A DNA stretch of 64,000 nt from Octopus sinensis (GCF_006345805.1 NC_043013.1:21328001-21392000); one strand, 5' to 3'; counted from the stretch's first letter, positions 12,600 through 26,568 are shown. The notes: generated by a model from the letters alone, not told the origin. Numbers and translations: made by a program.

Positions 12600-13949
12600 C
12601 GAGGGGCGGCTCAAAAGTCCATAGAGTGATCGAGATATTTTCATGGAATGCGACCAAATGAGGTTTATTTTTTAACATAGACCTCCTTGCGGCTCACACA
12701 CTTCTTCCATCGGAGTTGCAGTGCTTGGATCTCATTAGTGAAAAAGCTTTCATCCTATTAGTTGAAGTCATCATCAGCAGATATAACGTCATCATCCCTC
12801 CCAAACATGTTCCCAGACAAGTGCATTTTCATGTTGAGAAACAGACGATAGGCAGATTGGACTAAATCAGGAGGGTGATCAGCCAGGTTTCATTCTGTTG
12901 GTCAATCAATGTCATCGATAGCAGATATGACATCATCATTACTGTGGTACTGGTTCCAGTTAAAGTGTTTTTTCATATTGAGGAACAGATGATAGTCAGC
13001 AGGGCCAAATCAAGAGAATAAGGGCGAGGAGGTTATCAGCTAGTTCAAAGCACAGTCACACACAGCAGCCATTGAAACCAGTGACTTGTGCGCGGGAGCA
13101 TTGACCTGGTGAAAAAGATCCCTTTCGTCAGTTTTTGTGGGAATTTGGTTTTGATAGCCTTTTGTAACTGCCTCAGTAAGTTGGCATACTACACTCCATT
13201 GATACCAAAAAAACTGAGGCCATCCCTACAGATGAAACGACTTTGGTTTTCTTTGGAGGGGGTGAGGAGGGATGTTTTCTCTCCATGGATTGCCTCTGTA
13301 TCTGACCGAATGTGATGAACCCATCACTCACCTTGGGTTCGGAAACGTTAAAGGAAACTAGCTGGATCTGCCTCAAACTATGTCAGATTTTCCCGTGCGC
13401 TTTTGAGCATGTATCAGAAGACGTGGCAGAAACCTTCAACATGCCAAATTGTGCAAAATATTCTTTCTCATGGGATATACTTATAACATTGGCTATTTTG
13501 TTCATAGTCAATCGTTTGTCATCCATCACCATGAGGTGAACATAACATGATCATTGTTATCTTTGTTGGTGAGAGTTGCAGGACGTCCAAACCTTTGGTG
13601 ATCTTTAAGACTTTCTGTTCCTCTTCTAAATCCAGCTGCCCGCTTTTGCACTGCTGATAAAGCTAGAGCGTCCTCCCCTAATGTAGCCACCGAGTCAGCA
13701 TGAAATCTTTGCGGGCTAAAACCATTTTGCTGCAGGTACTTGATAACAACACAATGCCAAATTGTCCATTTTGAAGAACAGTCGCTACTAGCTGCATTTG
13801 AAGTCTCCTTTGAAGAGTCAGAGGTCAGTTTACCGGGAGAGAAGCTATGCAGTTATTAATAAGTAGAGTTAAAATGAACGCATGCAAGATTTCGTAGCTC
13901 TAGCATCACTCCTTCATAATCAGCCAATGAACGTTTCAGCCCACCCTCG
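12600..13949 (-). mobile_element. Degraded mariner (DD34D, irritans-like)
   Basis: TA|CGAGGGGCGGCTCAAAAGT on the left, diverged right TIR ...TTTCAGCCCACCCTCG. Peptide SMERKHPSSPPPKKTKVVSSVG and an N-terminus near 13775; many stops and frameshifts. Confidence 0.85.
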
Positions 13950-13986
13950 TCCCATTCAAACACACACACCAGGTATTGAATGTGTG

Positions 13987-14022
<36 letters not shown>

Positions 14023-14485
14023 ACTCGAGGCGTACGTATTCATGTATCTACGAAGAGAACATTTAAAATGTGTTCCTTTTATTAATGTTTCTTGCTATGA
14101 GAGATGACGTATCACAGTGCCCCACTTTGGACGTTATTTTATTCCTGGTTGTCTTTTTACAAAGAGTTTCAGAATATTTGAAAAGTCTATTTCATAACTC
14201 AAGGCTTCAGTAAAAGGTTCGTACTTAAACACTTATTTTTTGATAAAGAAGGAAGCTGAATCAAGTATATGACATCAGGGACACCGTTTATTCCAACAGC
14301 TTCGTGTAGATTAATGTATCAAAATCCAGTTTTCATTCTTACAGTATGTTTAAACAACCAACAGGCCCTGTGAGCAGACCAGTGTAATAGGCTGAGTTAT
14401 ACGATCATTGAAGTTATACGGATCGATCTAGATAAACGAAGAAGCAGCGATGCATTTTCACAAATACATTGACATGCAGTTCGAT

Positions 14486-14517
<32 letters not shown>

Positions 14518-14535
14518 ATATATATATATATATAT

Positions 14536-14791
14536 TTCCCAGACCGGGCGTTGTGTGTGTTTATTAAGTGAAAACACCTAAAAGCTCCACGAGGCTCCGG
14601 CAGGGGTGGTGATCCCTGCTGTCTACTGTACTCTTTCACCATTCTTTCTCCCACTCTTTCTTCTGTTGGCCTGCTCGCTTAGCCAGCGGGATGGCGTCAT
14701 TCGAAGGCTAAAACAATGCGAACGCATTGTGACCAGCGATGTGTAACAACATCTGATGGTCTGGTCGGTCACATGATGATGATGATGATGA

Positions 14792-14792
<1 letters not shown>
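14536..14792 (+). mobile_element. SINE family A2 (OR2-like): family A body with a different tail ending in (TGA)n; 5' truncated
   Basis: 14536-~14640 matches family A (CAGACCGGGCGTTGTG...CTCCACGAGGCTCCGGCAGG); the sequence after that is unrelated to the A1 tail. Confidence 0.85.
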
Positions 14793-14835
<43 letters not shown>

Positions 14836-17129
14836 TATATATTATATATATATATATATATTATATAATATATATATATATATAACAAAATACTAATGGA
14901 GTATATTGGTTAAGATAAAGAAATTTGGAAATCTAACATTTATGACATTTATTTGCAATCCAAAGTGGGAAGAAATTACAAGAGAAAATTCAAACCGCCG
15001 AAAACATCGTTCACTTACAACGACACGAGTTTTCAAACTGAAGCGATAGCAACTTCGATAAGATTTCAAATCTGGCGTTTTGGGGAAAAACTTAATGGCA
15101 CATGCGAGCTCAACTGATTTCCAGAAATTAGATTATTTTCTTTACGTACTGGAAAACATTCACAGTACTTGGGAAGAAATTGACAAATTTGCTTCTTGTG
15201 AACTTTTCAATTTCAAATACATGCACTGTTGATCAAAAAAACATCGAATATGTGGACCGTGTGGAGAACAGAATGCAAGTTGACCTTGACTGTTAAATTA
15301 TTTTCTCGAGCCCGTTCATGAATATTAAATGTTAACGACTGACGATTGTTACTATTTATGCGGTCCAAGCACTACGGAAACTAATCTTTAAGAGCTAATG
15401 TCTCAACAATAACAACGTTTTCAACTCCGAGATCAACCACGAATAAGCTTCCCAGATATTTGATTGCACAGAGAGGCGTAGAGCCTATAAGAGAAGAAAA
15501 GGAAGTTGTTCCTCTCATGGACTTTTTTAATCAGTGACCCACCCTTTCACATCATCAACATCAAGATAGGTGCTTCAGTACCGCTTCTCTGAAATAGACC
15601 TCATGACAACCATTGCAATGGCGCTAGATACACGCTGCTAACAGTTTACTGATGGTCAGAAAATGTAGAGGCATTGACAATATATGGAATGTGTGATGGA
15701 AACAGTACACGAAATGTAGAGGAGGGGAAACAATGCTTAGAAGCAAATGTGAAATAATATTGCGTTTATGTTACAAAACGGGAACACCACGCTGGGACCT
15801 ATAAAGGGATCCGCCCATATCGCAGGTTACCCTAACTACATAGGCCCCCTTTCCTCATTCAGTTGTGATGTCCAACCTTCAGCCCACCGATTCAAAGCAA
15901 ACCCATTCAACTAACTCAATAGTCACCTATCTGCTACAATATTTACTGCAGTACAGCAATTTTCTCTCCACTGTCCGCCTTCCTCTTCAAGTGGAGCATG
16001 AAGAGGTTGGCTTGGTCAGAAATCAAAGTCGTTTCAAACTTCATTTCTTTACATTTCATTCATCTTCCTATCGCTTTCGCCATAACCACTTAGATGAAAC
16101 TGTCGGTGGCTGAGAAATCTTGTTTGACTCGGCCGATAACCGGATCCGTCCTATCCACTGTGGTAACATATCAACATTTCATTACACAAAACAATGCTCG
16201 GGGACTGAATAAGTTTGGAAGGAGACACTCTTTTTGCTCAGCAAGCATCACATACAAATCCGGCTGCCGGAAATTGCATGCCTGTAGATCTAATCCACAA
16301 CCTGTATTGCATCACACATAGGAAATACACTATACATTTTCCCGTAAAGTAACACAAAATAATATTATATATATATATGGAGGCGTAATATATATATATA
16401 TTGGTTAAGGGCATCTCTTGCTATTCTATAGTTTCATCAGTGTGTTCACACAGTTACATAATTCTACAAAAACTAATACAACTTCAGTAGGTATTCTACT
16501 ACAAAGAAGCGGAGATGATTTTGTAAAATCTCAACCATCAACCATCACTTCCAGTACAATAATAGAAAATATAAAAGACTAAAACAAAAGCCAAAGAACA
16601 AATTGTTTGTAAAACAAACAAAAGACAAAGTTGCAGGCACAGAAGTGAACCTGCCGCTACGGCGTCGGTAATCTCTCACCAAACTTTCGAAAACACAAAC
16701 AATAAATTGTAAATAACAACACTAATCATTATGACGATGGTGATAATGATAATTATGATGATAATACCACAAAATATGTTTATTTATTATTACTTTTATT
16801 AATAGATACCAAAATCTTTGGGAGATTATGGAAAAGGAAGATATTACTTCACTGCTTTTGATGCGTCTTCCGTGAAGCCTTTGTTGTAGCTGCTGTTGTT
16901 GTTGTTGATAGAGTTAAAGCTATTGTTGTTGCTGGTATTTATACTACAAATATATTGTTACAGCTTAATAAAAACCTTAAATCGTTTATCTCTTTCTTTG
17001 AAAGTACAGTGATTACAATAACAGTCAGATCAGTTACAAGTATCTTTAATATTATCATTACCACGACCACCACCACCACCACCACTATTATCAATATCAT
17101 TTTTTCCGACTCTCCACATTCTGAAGTCA

Positions 17130-17272
17130 AATTACGCCGGAGACTTACACTTTGTCTTTCATTCTTTCAGGGTCGATAAAATAAGTACCTGCTAAGCACT
17201 AGGACTGATATAATAGACTAGTCCCTCCACCCAAAATTTTAGGCCTTGTGCCTATAAAATAAATTATTGTTA
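17130..17272 (+). mobile_element. SINE C2, 5'-truncated
   Basis: TTTCAGGGTCGATAAAATAAGTACC core and GGCCTTGTGCCTATA tail. Confidence 0.7.
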
Positions 17273-17277
17273 TTAAT

Positions 17278-17488
17278 GCGCCGAGCTGGCAGAATCGTTA
17301 GCACGCCGGGAGAAATGCTTAGCAGTATTTCATTCGTCTTTACGTTCTGAGTTCAAATTGCGCCGAGGTCGACTTTGTCTTTCATCCTTTCGGGGTCGAT
17401 AAATTAAGTACCAGTCAAGTACTGGGGTCGATGTAATCGACTAGTCCCTTCCCCTAAATATCAGGCCTTGTGCCTATAGTAGAAAGGA

Positions 17489-17532
<44 letters not shown>

Positions 17533-17550
17533 GTTATTATTATTATTATT
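17278..17550 (+). mobile_element. SINE C2, full length with (ATT)n tail
   Basis: GCCGAGCTGGCAGAATCG head, B box GTTCAAATTGC, core, tail GTAGAAAGGATC(ATT)n. Confidence 0.9.
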
Positions 17551-18389
17551 GCCTACCCTTGTATATCAGTAATACTTCATAAGAAATGACAACAGTCAGA
17601 AGGGAAAGTTAATATTGCACGCAAACAAACCCGACGTCCTGTACAAGTCCTCCTATGATTCATTGGTGTGAAGCCATTGATCTTGTAACGTAATATTAGC
17701 TAATAACCTTGTCTGATGACAAATAAATTATATAATATATTTCGGGGTTTTGCCTTACCTTTAATTAACTCAGTTTCAAAGCATAAAGTCTGTGAGAGAT
17801 TTATATAAGAACTTTTGGCTAAGTTGTGTTTCTCTACTTGTGGGAGACATAATAAATTTCTTCTCTTTCCACTCAATAAAAGATTAGGGTGGTTTATTTT
17901 CCACACATGGCTGCCATTTAATTTTTTTTTTTTTTTCGTAATTCTGAATGCACTTCATTTACGCTAATTTTTATCGCTTCTGCTTCCTTATTTACAAAAC
18001 AATGCTAGTAGTTATATGCACTATGCTCTACTATATCCTTCCTATTCTTAAGAAAATAATAAATACAAATTATTTCAGATGCTATTAAATTTAAATTATA
18101 GCCTATTCTCATTGCAAAGAATGTGTTATAATTTTCTAAAAGAAAATTTAAACTGTTGTAGAAAGCTATTTCTTAATCTTATATATTTTACGAAATTACA
18201 TTTACTGAGAATTTTTAAAGGGAAAATTAGATTAAATGCAGGAAAACTTCGTGAACGATACTCGAATTTTGTGTTATGAAGTTGAAGAGTCCGACAGTTT
18301 TTTTTTTCTTTTCGACAGATCTTTTCGACATTATTGCATAAAACTGTTGATTGCGTTTGGTCAGCTGAAGGAAACTTGGCTAAGTTATT

Positions 18390-18700
18390 ACTGATCGTGG
18401 GATAGGTCTATTTGACCCAGGCTAGGATGAACGTCTTGGTCGGGGCAGTGAATTGTGTGTGGTGTGCTCAAAGTCAGTTCCATTCTAAGCAGTTCAAGAG
18501 AGATCAATAACAACCGTTCGTCTGTCGGTTCGTCTGCGTATTTGCCCATCGTAATTTCAAGGCGAGTATTTTCATTGATCCTCGTTTTGAAACTATTTCT
18601 ATCAGTTCCCTTCAAATGTTTCTTGTGAAGTCTTCCCTTACAGAAAATCATGATTTCTACAAGTCTTTTGTTTTTACTGACGTTTTTCAGCTCTTTAACT
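18390..18700 (-). mobile_element. Penelope-like GIY-YIG endonuclease fragment
   Basis: Peptide KGTDRNSFKTRINEN resembles the Penelope motif YIGxTxRxxKTRIxEH. Confidence 0.45.
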
Positions 18701-19431
18701 CAAATTTCTCTTACAAAAACATTTCATATGTAAATTACTATTTTTATAGCATTATAAACTATTTGAGAAATGTCTATGAAAAAGTTAACCATAATTTTCA
18801 CTTCAAAATAATATTGATCTGAACAATTTCTTTCGTCAATTAATTTAGCTTTAATGTATTTTAACCTTACATTATCATCTTTCTTTTTAATGTTTCATTA
18901 TATTTTTCGGTATAAAATATATTTCAGATCGATTTTCCCTCATAACTCAACTCTTCTTTATTGCCATTTATAAAGTATTTCTCTAGAAAATCATTTTAAA
19001 TTTGTTTGCTACTATAGTTCAATTTTAGTTCAGAGAAATTTACATATTACTGCTTCTATGACTTTATGCAAATACGTTAACATTTTTACTCTACTCTTTG
19101 AAGTAGCTTTATATAATCATAAACTAATGAACATGTTATTTATTTCCTACATGAAAAATTAGAGATAGACATTCAAATTTCTTATTTTATTCTCGAATAG
19201 TCAGGGATGTCGACCGAAATCAATAGATTATTCAGTTTCTTCCCTTCTAGGGAAGGAGAAAACAATAACTGGAACGTGCTAACCTTTACTAAAGGTGTTA
19301 AGGACATATAAAGAGGTGCCTCAATTACATCAGAGAATCAAAACAATTTAAAAGGATTTACTTGCAAGATTATTTATTCTACAGTCTTCCTCTGTTTTTA
19401 TTGCAGTTGTTTTTATTCTGGTCATTTATAT

Positions 19432-19662
19432 ATTTCTTTACTACCCACAAGGGGCTAAACACAGAGGGGACAAACAAGGACAGACAAACGGATTAAGTCG
19501 ATTACATCGACTCCAGTATACTCAACTGGTACTTAATTTATTGACCTCGAAAGGATGAAAGGCAAGTCGACCTCGGCGGAATTTGAACTCAGAACGTAAC
19601 GGCAGACGAAATACGGCTACGCATTTCGCCCGGCGTGCTAACGTCTCTGCCAGCTCGCCGCC
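19432..19662 (-). mobile_element. SINE C, tail type C1, full length
   Basis: Full head and core plus CCCCTTGTGGGTAGTAAAGAAATA tail; ~20-bp TSD TTTATTCT(G/T)GTCATTTATAT at 19412-19431 and 19663-19682. Confidence 0.92.
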
Positions 19663-19817
19663 TTTATTCTTGTCATTTATATTAAATCAGAAATCCTATG
19701 TGATTGCCATGGAAAAAAATTGCAGAACTGTATAATGACATCGGTCTTTCTTTTTGTATTGCTTTATCTATTATGTAGCATAAACTGCATCTTGGTGAAA
19801 TGTATCTTTGACATGTA

Positions 19818-21038
19818 CGAGGGCCGGTCAATAAGTAATGCCCCTGACCCACATCCCATAGCAGTAGAGCAACGAAACTTGGCACAGTTATTAGTCTTTT
19901 TCTACATAGGAACCACCCAGAGTTATACATTTCTCCCATCGTTTGATGCGGCTCTGGAGACCGTTTTTGTAGAAGAACCCAGCTTGGTCCTCCAACCTCA
20001 ACGTGACTTCAGAAATCAAGGCTGCATCATCTGGGAAACGCTTTCCTTTCAAAAACAACTTCATGATTGGAAGAGGTGAAAATCAGAGGTGCAAGGTCAG
20101 GAAAGTAGGGGGGATGGGGAGGAGTTCATAGCCATACGCCTGTGCTTCTGATCTGGCGACAAGCGAGTTGTGGACCGGAGCGTTGTCCTACAGGAGGAAG
20201 ATGCCTTTGCTGATCTTGCCCCGCCTCTTGATTTTGATAACTTCTCTTAATTTCCTCAAAAGTGAAGCATAATAGGCTCCTGCAATTGTGGTACCCTTTG
20301 CCAGGAAATCTGTCATCACTACTCCGTCCTGGTCCCAGAAGACTGTGAGCATGACCTTGCCAGCCGAGGGCTGCACCCTTGCCTTCTTTGGAGGGGGTGA
20401 GTCACGGTGCTTCCACTGCATTGACTGGGCTTTGGTCTCTGGATCATCGTGATGGACCCAGGTTTCATCCTGTGTAATCAGTCTTTTGAAAAATTTTGAC
20501 TCATCTTCTTGGCACATCTCCAAATTCACCCTCGAGCACTCGACACGTTCTTGCTTCTGGAAAGGCGTGAGCAACCTGGGAATCCATCTGGCAGACACCT
20601 TTTGCATATGCAAATGGTAATGAATGATAGTTTCCACAGACCCGGTACTAATCTTGACCTCATGGGCTATTTGGCGAATAATTATGCTTCGATCTTCCAA
20701 AATGGCAGCCTCAACTTGACGGACAGATGCCTCCTCAATAGCAGAAGGGGGCGACCAGATCTGGGAGCTGTTTCCACAGAGTTCCGACCATGTTTGAATT
20801 CACGATGCCAGCGTTTTACAAGGTCATATGATGGGGCATCATCACCATAAGTTACTTTCATTTCATCAAAAGTCTCCCGTGGTGTGCGTCCTTTCAAATA
20901 CAAAAACCGGATCACTGCTCGACACTCAACAGGCTCCATTTCACACTTGACTCGGTTCAAACACCTGTAAATCAGAAACCATAATTAGATCAAACAACTT
21001 CAAGTGGGTCAGAGGCATTACTTATTGAACTTCCCTCG
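19818..21038 (-). mobile_element. Full-length mariner element (DD34D)
   Basis: TA|CGAGGGCCGGTCAATAAGTAATGCC ... GGCATTACTTATTGAACTTCCCTCG|TA; 1221 bp, with transposase remnants between the TIRs. Confidence 0.95.
19891..20939 (-). pseudogene. Mariner transposase pseudogene
   Basis: MEPVECRAVIRFLYLKG...APRSGRP (HTH), WIPRLL, LITQDETWVHH, SAGKVMLTVFWDQDG, a stop replacing Q before DNAPVH, HPPYFPDLAPSDF; frameshift near 20730. Confidence 0.92.
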
Positions 21039-23867
21039 TACGTTTGGTAAAAGCCATCCCTCTCCTAATGATGCCACTGTCAGGATTTGAACGACGCACA
21101 CATATGGAACTATCTCTATTAACTACCTGAACAATGTACCCTTATCTTGGAAGATGTTTGTAAATGAGTGAAAGAGAAGGAATATAAAAGCGATGAATGA
21201 ATACAGACATTAGAGTGGTGACCGGTCTCAGTAGAGAGGAAATCGTTACTCTCGTAAAAGCATATCTATTTCCATGGCAACAGCCCAAACTATAAGCTTC
21301 AATAAAATCTAGTTTCAAATCCTCAATCGTATCGCTCTTTTGATAACATTATTCACATTTTACTTTGAGATTGTTTTGAGATTTAAAGATGAATTCTTCA
21401 AATTAGGTTCGTTACTAATATACAAATCTGTCTTTATAGATTAAATATGTCACAGTAGTTGTCCTAAGTCTGATCGACCGAGGAGCTGTGTGTAGAAATC
21501 TATAGCTAATGTGTGAGGCAACAGTTAGTTACGCTCCTTTAAATTTATATATAATTCGTTTTCTAGTACTGTTAGTACCACAACCGTCTCAGAAAAAGGA
21601 GTATTAGTTAAAAAAAATGCCTCCAAATCAATATAATAAATACCTATCTATCATTTTGTACATTTCTCTTGCAAATTTGCGGACTAATATCAGTCTTTAT
21701 TGAATCTCCTCAATCCATAACTGACCATCTTGTTCTAGCATTAAAAAACGGTCACAAAGCAAGTTATTTGTATCTGACGATGTCAACAAGAATATGTAGA
21801 ATGAGGCAGAAGAGATTTCTAAAAATATACAATTCACAATACAATAATCATTAATTCTTGAAGGAAACGAATTTGGAAACTGACTGAGTAATTCAATTTT
21901 GAATTTCCTTGTGAAACAAAAGATTTTCAATATTTGCCGATTGACGTCACAAATGATATTTAAAACAGTTGATTTTTGCCACTGTGTTTAGTTTACTTTC
22001 GTGTTCTTCACACACTCGTTCCTGCAAAGCACCATACATACACACCTACACGCTCCTACAAACGCATACATGTATGTATGGATATCTATGTTCGTATGCA
22101 TGTGCATACATATATGTATCTACGTAAATACCTCATATGTTTCAAGTGCTGTTAGACGGAGTAGCCTAGCGTTCTATTTTCGTTAAGAACCTTCTCGAAC
22201 GATGAAGAATGACATTTCAAATGGTTCATCTGAAGTGAGACAATCAAATAACGAAAAACTATTACCAGTACTCCAGTTTGCCTGTCAGATTTTTCGTGCT
22301 AAAAAGAGGAGTCCACTTTCTACTATTATATACCAGAGTTCAGACTATATTGACATGGAATTTTTTAAATATTCTGCTTTAATTTGATTATTATTCAACA
22401 TTATAGGAGGAAATTTAATTTCATTGATTAGAGGTGAAACATATTTAAACTATTAAAAGAAATCGTTTTTGTTTTGAGTTTTTTATTAAAATTAAAAACT
22501 ATTTTTAATTATTTTAGCAATAAATTGTTTTCATGTGAACATTGGTGACTAGCAGAAACTGTAGAGGAATGGTTAAAATTTCTAATGCATTTATTTCGCA
22601 ATCCTTTAGGCTCTAAGATCAAATCACACCAGGATAGGACTTGCTTTGATCTTTCTGAATCGAGATATATCAATAAAATATGGAGATCGATATTATCATT
22701 GAATGCAAAAATAGAATTTTTTGGTAATTCAGATGAGTCAGTAATAAATTTTTCTGAAGTCGGTGAAGTAATTGTTAGAAAAGGTGTGTCGATGGGCTGT
22801 ATTTTTTTAACATAAAGTTTACTCTCGTCTCTTTGCATGTAGTGAAATGCTACCGGAAAATGCGTTGTTTTTCCTCCAAAAATCATCGAATATCGGGCCC
22901 TAGTCAGAGAACAGATCACTTACAATCACCCTTTTTACCCAAATTGGCTTAAATTTTTATTAAAAGAATCTATGTTATTGTTACTGCCTTCAAGTTGGTT
23001 TGTGACATTTAATGAAAACAATATATTTGTAACATGTAACAACATGTCAATAACATGTAGCAATAATTATGTCTATAGCGTGTGTCAGTGGGTGTATCTG
23101 TAACATGTAAATTGCAGAGTCCAAGTAAACAGTTGGTGCAAGGAAACAGTGCATATACAAATGTCTGTGTGGTTTTATTCTCTCTTTTTTTTTTTTTGCT
23201 TTTGTAACAAGAATGTGAAATTGGAAAAACACATGAGTGTCACCTTAACAGTTACCATGAGGCAGAAAGCCATATAGAAATTGTTTTTGATAGCCTTTCC
23301 GGCCAACGTACCGACCTTCCCGAACGTGCTGAGGTTGTTGTGGAGTATTTTTGCAATTTGTTTGTTTTGTTGGGTTAGGTGCTTGTTGTGGTGATGTGCA
23401 TGAAAATGTCTGTGGAAAAATAGGTGTGTCCGTTTCGGTAAATGCTTTTTTTAAATTCTGTCGACAAAGACAGTTATATCTTTTCCGTTCATGACATTCT
23501 CCCAAATACAAGAATAAAAAGACGATAAGATTTTGCAAATATGGTCGTAAATCGTTTTAATCTTTATACTGTATGCAAATTACAGTTTTTGTATAGAGAG
23601 AGATAAAGGCAGTTTCTCTGCGTTCGTATTCATATACATAAGTCGTGGTTATGTTTGATCGTTGCACCGTCCAAAAGCTATAGATTTAATCCTCCCACAA
23701 TGCATCACCACGTCGTGCGCCATCCAGTGGCCAACAGATGCGACAACTGGTTTCAAGGGGGGTAACTGTCTACAGGATGTTCCTTAACTGATGCAACTGG
23801 ATATATTGCAGCACTTACAAATGATTGAATTCTAATTACATTTTACCATGTATATACATATATATAC

Positions 23868-23929
<62 letters not shown>

Positions 23930-23932
<3 letters not shown>

Positions 23933-24310
23933 GTGGTAAGTAGCTTGCTAACCAACCACATGGTTCTGGGTTCAGTCTCACTGCGTGGCATCTTGGGCAA
24001 GTGTCTTCTGCTACAGCCCCGGGCCGACCAATGCCTTGTGAGTGGATTTGGTAGACGGAAACTGAAAGAAGCCCGTCGTATATATGTATATGTGTGTTTG
24101 TGTGTCTGTGTTTGTCCCCCCCAAATCGCTTGACAACCGATGCTGGTGTGTTTACGTCCCCGTCACTTAGCGGTTCGGCAAAAGAGACCGATAGAATAAG
24201 TACTGGGCTTACAAAGAATAAGTCCCGGGGTCGATTTGCTCGATTAAAGGCGGTGCTCCAGCATGGCCGCAGTCAAATGACTGAAACAAGTAAAAGAGTA
24301 AAAGAGAGAA
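23930..24310 (+). mobile_element. SINE B, head truncated by the upstream (TA)n (23845-23929)
   Basis: Near-identical to the other B copies. Confidence 0.92.
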
Positions 24311-24322
24311 AGAGTATATATA

Positions 24323-24380
24323 GTTAATCCAAACAAGAAAGCACAAAAAACACAACAACGCGAGGACGTGGAACAAATAT
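24323..24380 (-). mobile_element. Truncated copy of the short hammerhead-bearing element at 55318-55520
   Basis: GTTAATCCAAACAAGAAAGCACAAA...GACGTGGAACAA aligns to 55320-55375; cut by (TA)n before the ribozyme. Confidence 0.6.
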
Positions 24381-24920
24381 ATATATATATATCGTTTCTA
24401 TTATGTTAAATTGTCGTATGTCCAAATTTGACCAAATGCGTTTTTTCTCATATTTATTTTTGCTTCCAATAGCCGGTTCTTTTGGTCAAACTGTCGTATC
24501 TCCAGCTGCTTCAGATACCAAGATACAAAAAATTGTTGGAGTGTAGTACAACGGTTTTGCTATGGGATGGTGGTGAAACTATTTTTTCATTTTCTGTATG
24601 CGAAGTAATCTACCGGGGGTGGAGTAATTAGGGGTCATTATAGCTCTGTTTTACCGCTACTTTTTGAACTTCGAATTTGTAATTCCATTGTGCCTTTCAG
24701 TAACACAAGTCCATCTTCAGACAAACCAGTGGATTCGCTCACACACAAAAGACAACTGATCAAATTATAAACGGTTTATTTTATCTATTGAATTCACATC
24801 CATTGTTCCTACACTTGACAATGAATGTAACTAAAAGCAAACAAAAAATACACGACTAAACCCTGGAGGCTTCTAAAATCTTGCCAGTGACTGATTTCCA
24901 ACAGATGCAGTGAAATTATA

Positions 24921-25342
24921 TCTTTATATATAAAAGTAAGGTTGTGTGCTGTATGTCTCCTACGATTTATATATAAAAGTAAGGTTGTGTGCTGTATGTC
25001 TCCTACTCCCACATTTTGCGGTGCAGTTTAACCAAAACCGGGTATCTTATAGTCGTGATTCATATCGAGCCCTTCTGGGTATTAGCGAGCGTCTACGATG
25101 AGTCTACGGTTTAAAAAAAAAATTTACCATCAATTTTTCCCATTTTTAATGCATTTTTGGCATATATAAGGGAAGTAACTCTCTAAAAATTTATTATTAA
25201 ATCTCAGAACGTAAAAAGCTACAGTAACACCCCCCCCTTTGTGGTTAGCCATATTGAGATGGCTATTATACTTTACATCTCTAAAAATGCTTATATAGTT
25301 ATTTCCCTTACAAACCCGAGCAACGCCGGGCGATACTGCTAG
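24921..25342 (+). mobile_element. Non-autonomous Helitron
   Basis: A|TC 5' end; 3' hairpin CCCGAGCAACGCCGGG followed by CTAG|T; ~41-bp duplication of its 5' end (24923 and ~24966). Confidence 0.85.
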
Positions 25343-25899
25343 TTAATAATATATCGAAGAAGTGCGACGAAATGGGTTGATTCTTCATGAAAGACGGTAC
25401 TATTAAGAAATGATAGAATAGATAATACTATTTTTTCGTATTAAATGGCTGAAAATTAAATTCGTCACATCGAATATTTCCCCCTCCTCCATCCTATAAC
25501 TTGCCCTAAATATGTTTACCTACAACACGCCTATTGACATTCATATCGAAAAATCAGTCCGGGTTTTTTTTTTCTTTTTTTAAATCCAATGTAACATGAT
25601 TCAGAAATTTTTTTTTAAATTCCTCGATTCTTTGAATGAAACAAAACCAAATATTTTAGAGAATAAACAATTTGCTTCAATATATTTTTCATGTAAGATA
25701 TAATTTTTTTTTTTTTTGGCAATATTGATGTTCTTTAGAAGATTTTATCTTTGATTATGACAAGACTTCCAAATGTAAATTCTAGGAATATTTGCATGAA
25801 TTGCGGTTTATTTTTATATTTTTAGATCATTGTATATCTTTTAATAACGAATGAATGTTTATTCCTTTTCGATACTATCTTCATACAACTGCACACAAG

Positions 25900-25975
25900 T
25901 ACATATATTACATATATAAATATAGATAGATAGACAGATAGATAGATAGATAGATATAGATATGTAGATATGTAG

Positions 25976-26038
<63 letters not shown>

Positions 26039-26071
26039 TACATATATATATACACATAAATATAGATATAG

Positions 26072-26102
<31 letters not shown>

Positions 26103-26190
26103 CATATATATGTATGTATATGTATGTATATATATATATATATATACATATATACACACACACGATCATATATACTAAAGTATGTGTGTA
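25900..26190. repeat. Compound (GATA)/(TA)/(TG) microsatellite
   Basis: Direct reading. Confidence 0.95.
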
Positions 26191-26508
26191 TGCGCGCGTG
26201 CGTGACGGGATGGCGTTGAGCGCTAAGAAATGCAATAAAACACTGAATTGTATTCCCTTGTTTATACGTGCATATAAGTATAAACAGAAAGAAGAGAAAA
26301 GAAGCAGAAGAAACGAAGACAATGTTATGTATGTGTGTATACGTGTATGTGCTAATATCATTATTACTTTTATTATTATCATTGCCTCTGCGCAGCTTCT
26401 AACGCTGGAGATGTACTACGGTGTTAGCTGTTCACTACCAGTAAACTAAGGTAACACCTCTTATTTTTCATGCACCTTCCGGAGTATATTATTATTATTA
26501 TTATTATG

Positions 26509-26567
<59 letters not shown>

Positions 26568-26568
26568 T

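Noticed and set aside
9659-12661. Many long ORFs rich in YI/HT/CV/MYVC here and throughout the window (e.g. 33963-34700, 46043-46651, 52126-52715)
   Set aside because: They are translations of di- and tetranucleotide microsatellites, which lack stop codons in some frames.
22509-22919. 136-aa ORF as a host exon
   Set aside because: No recognisable domain; at best a faint CR1-like remnant.
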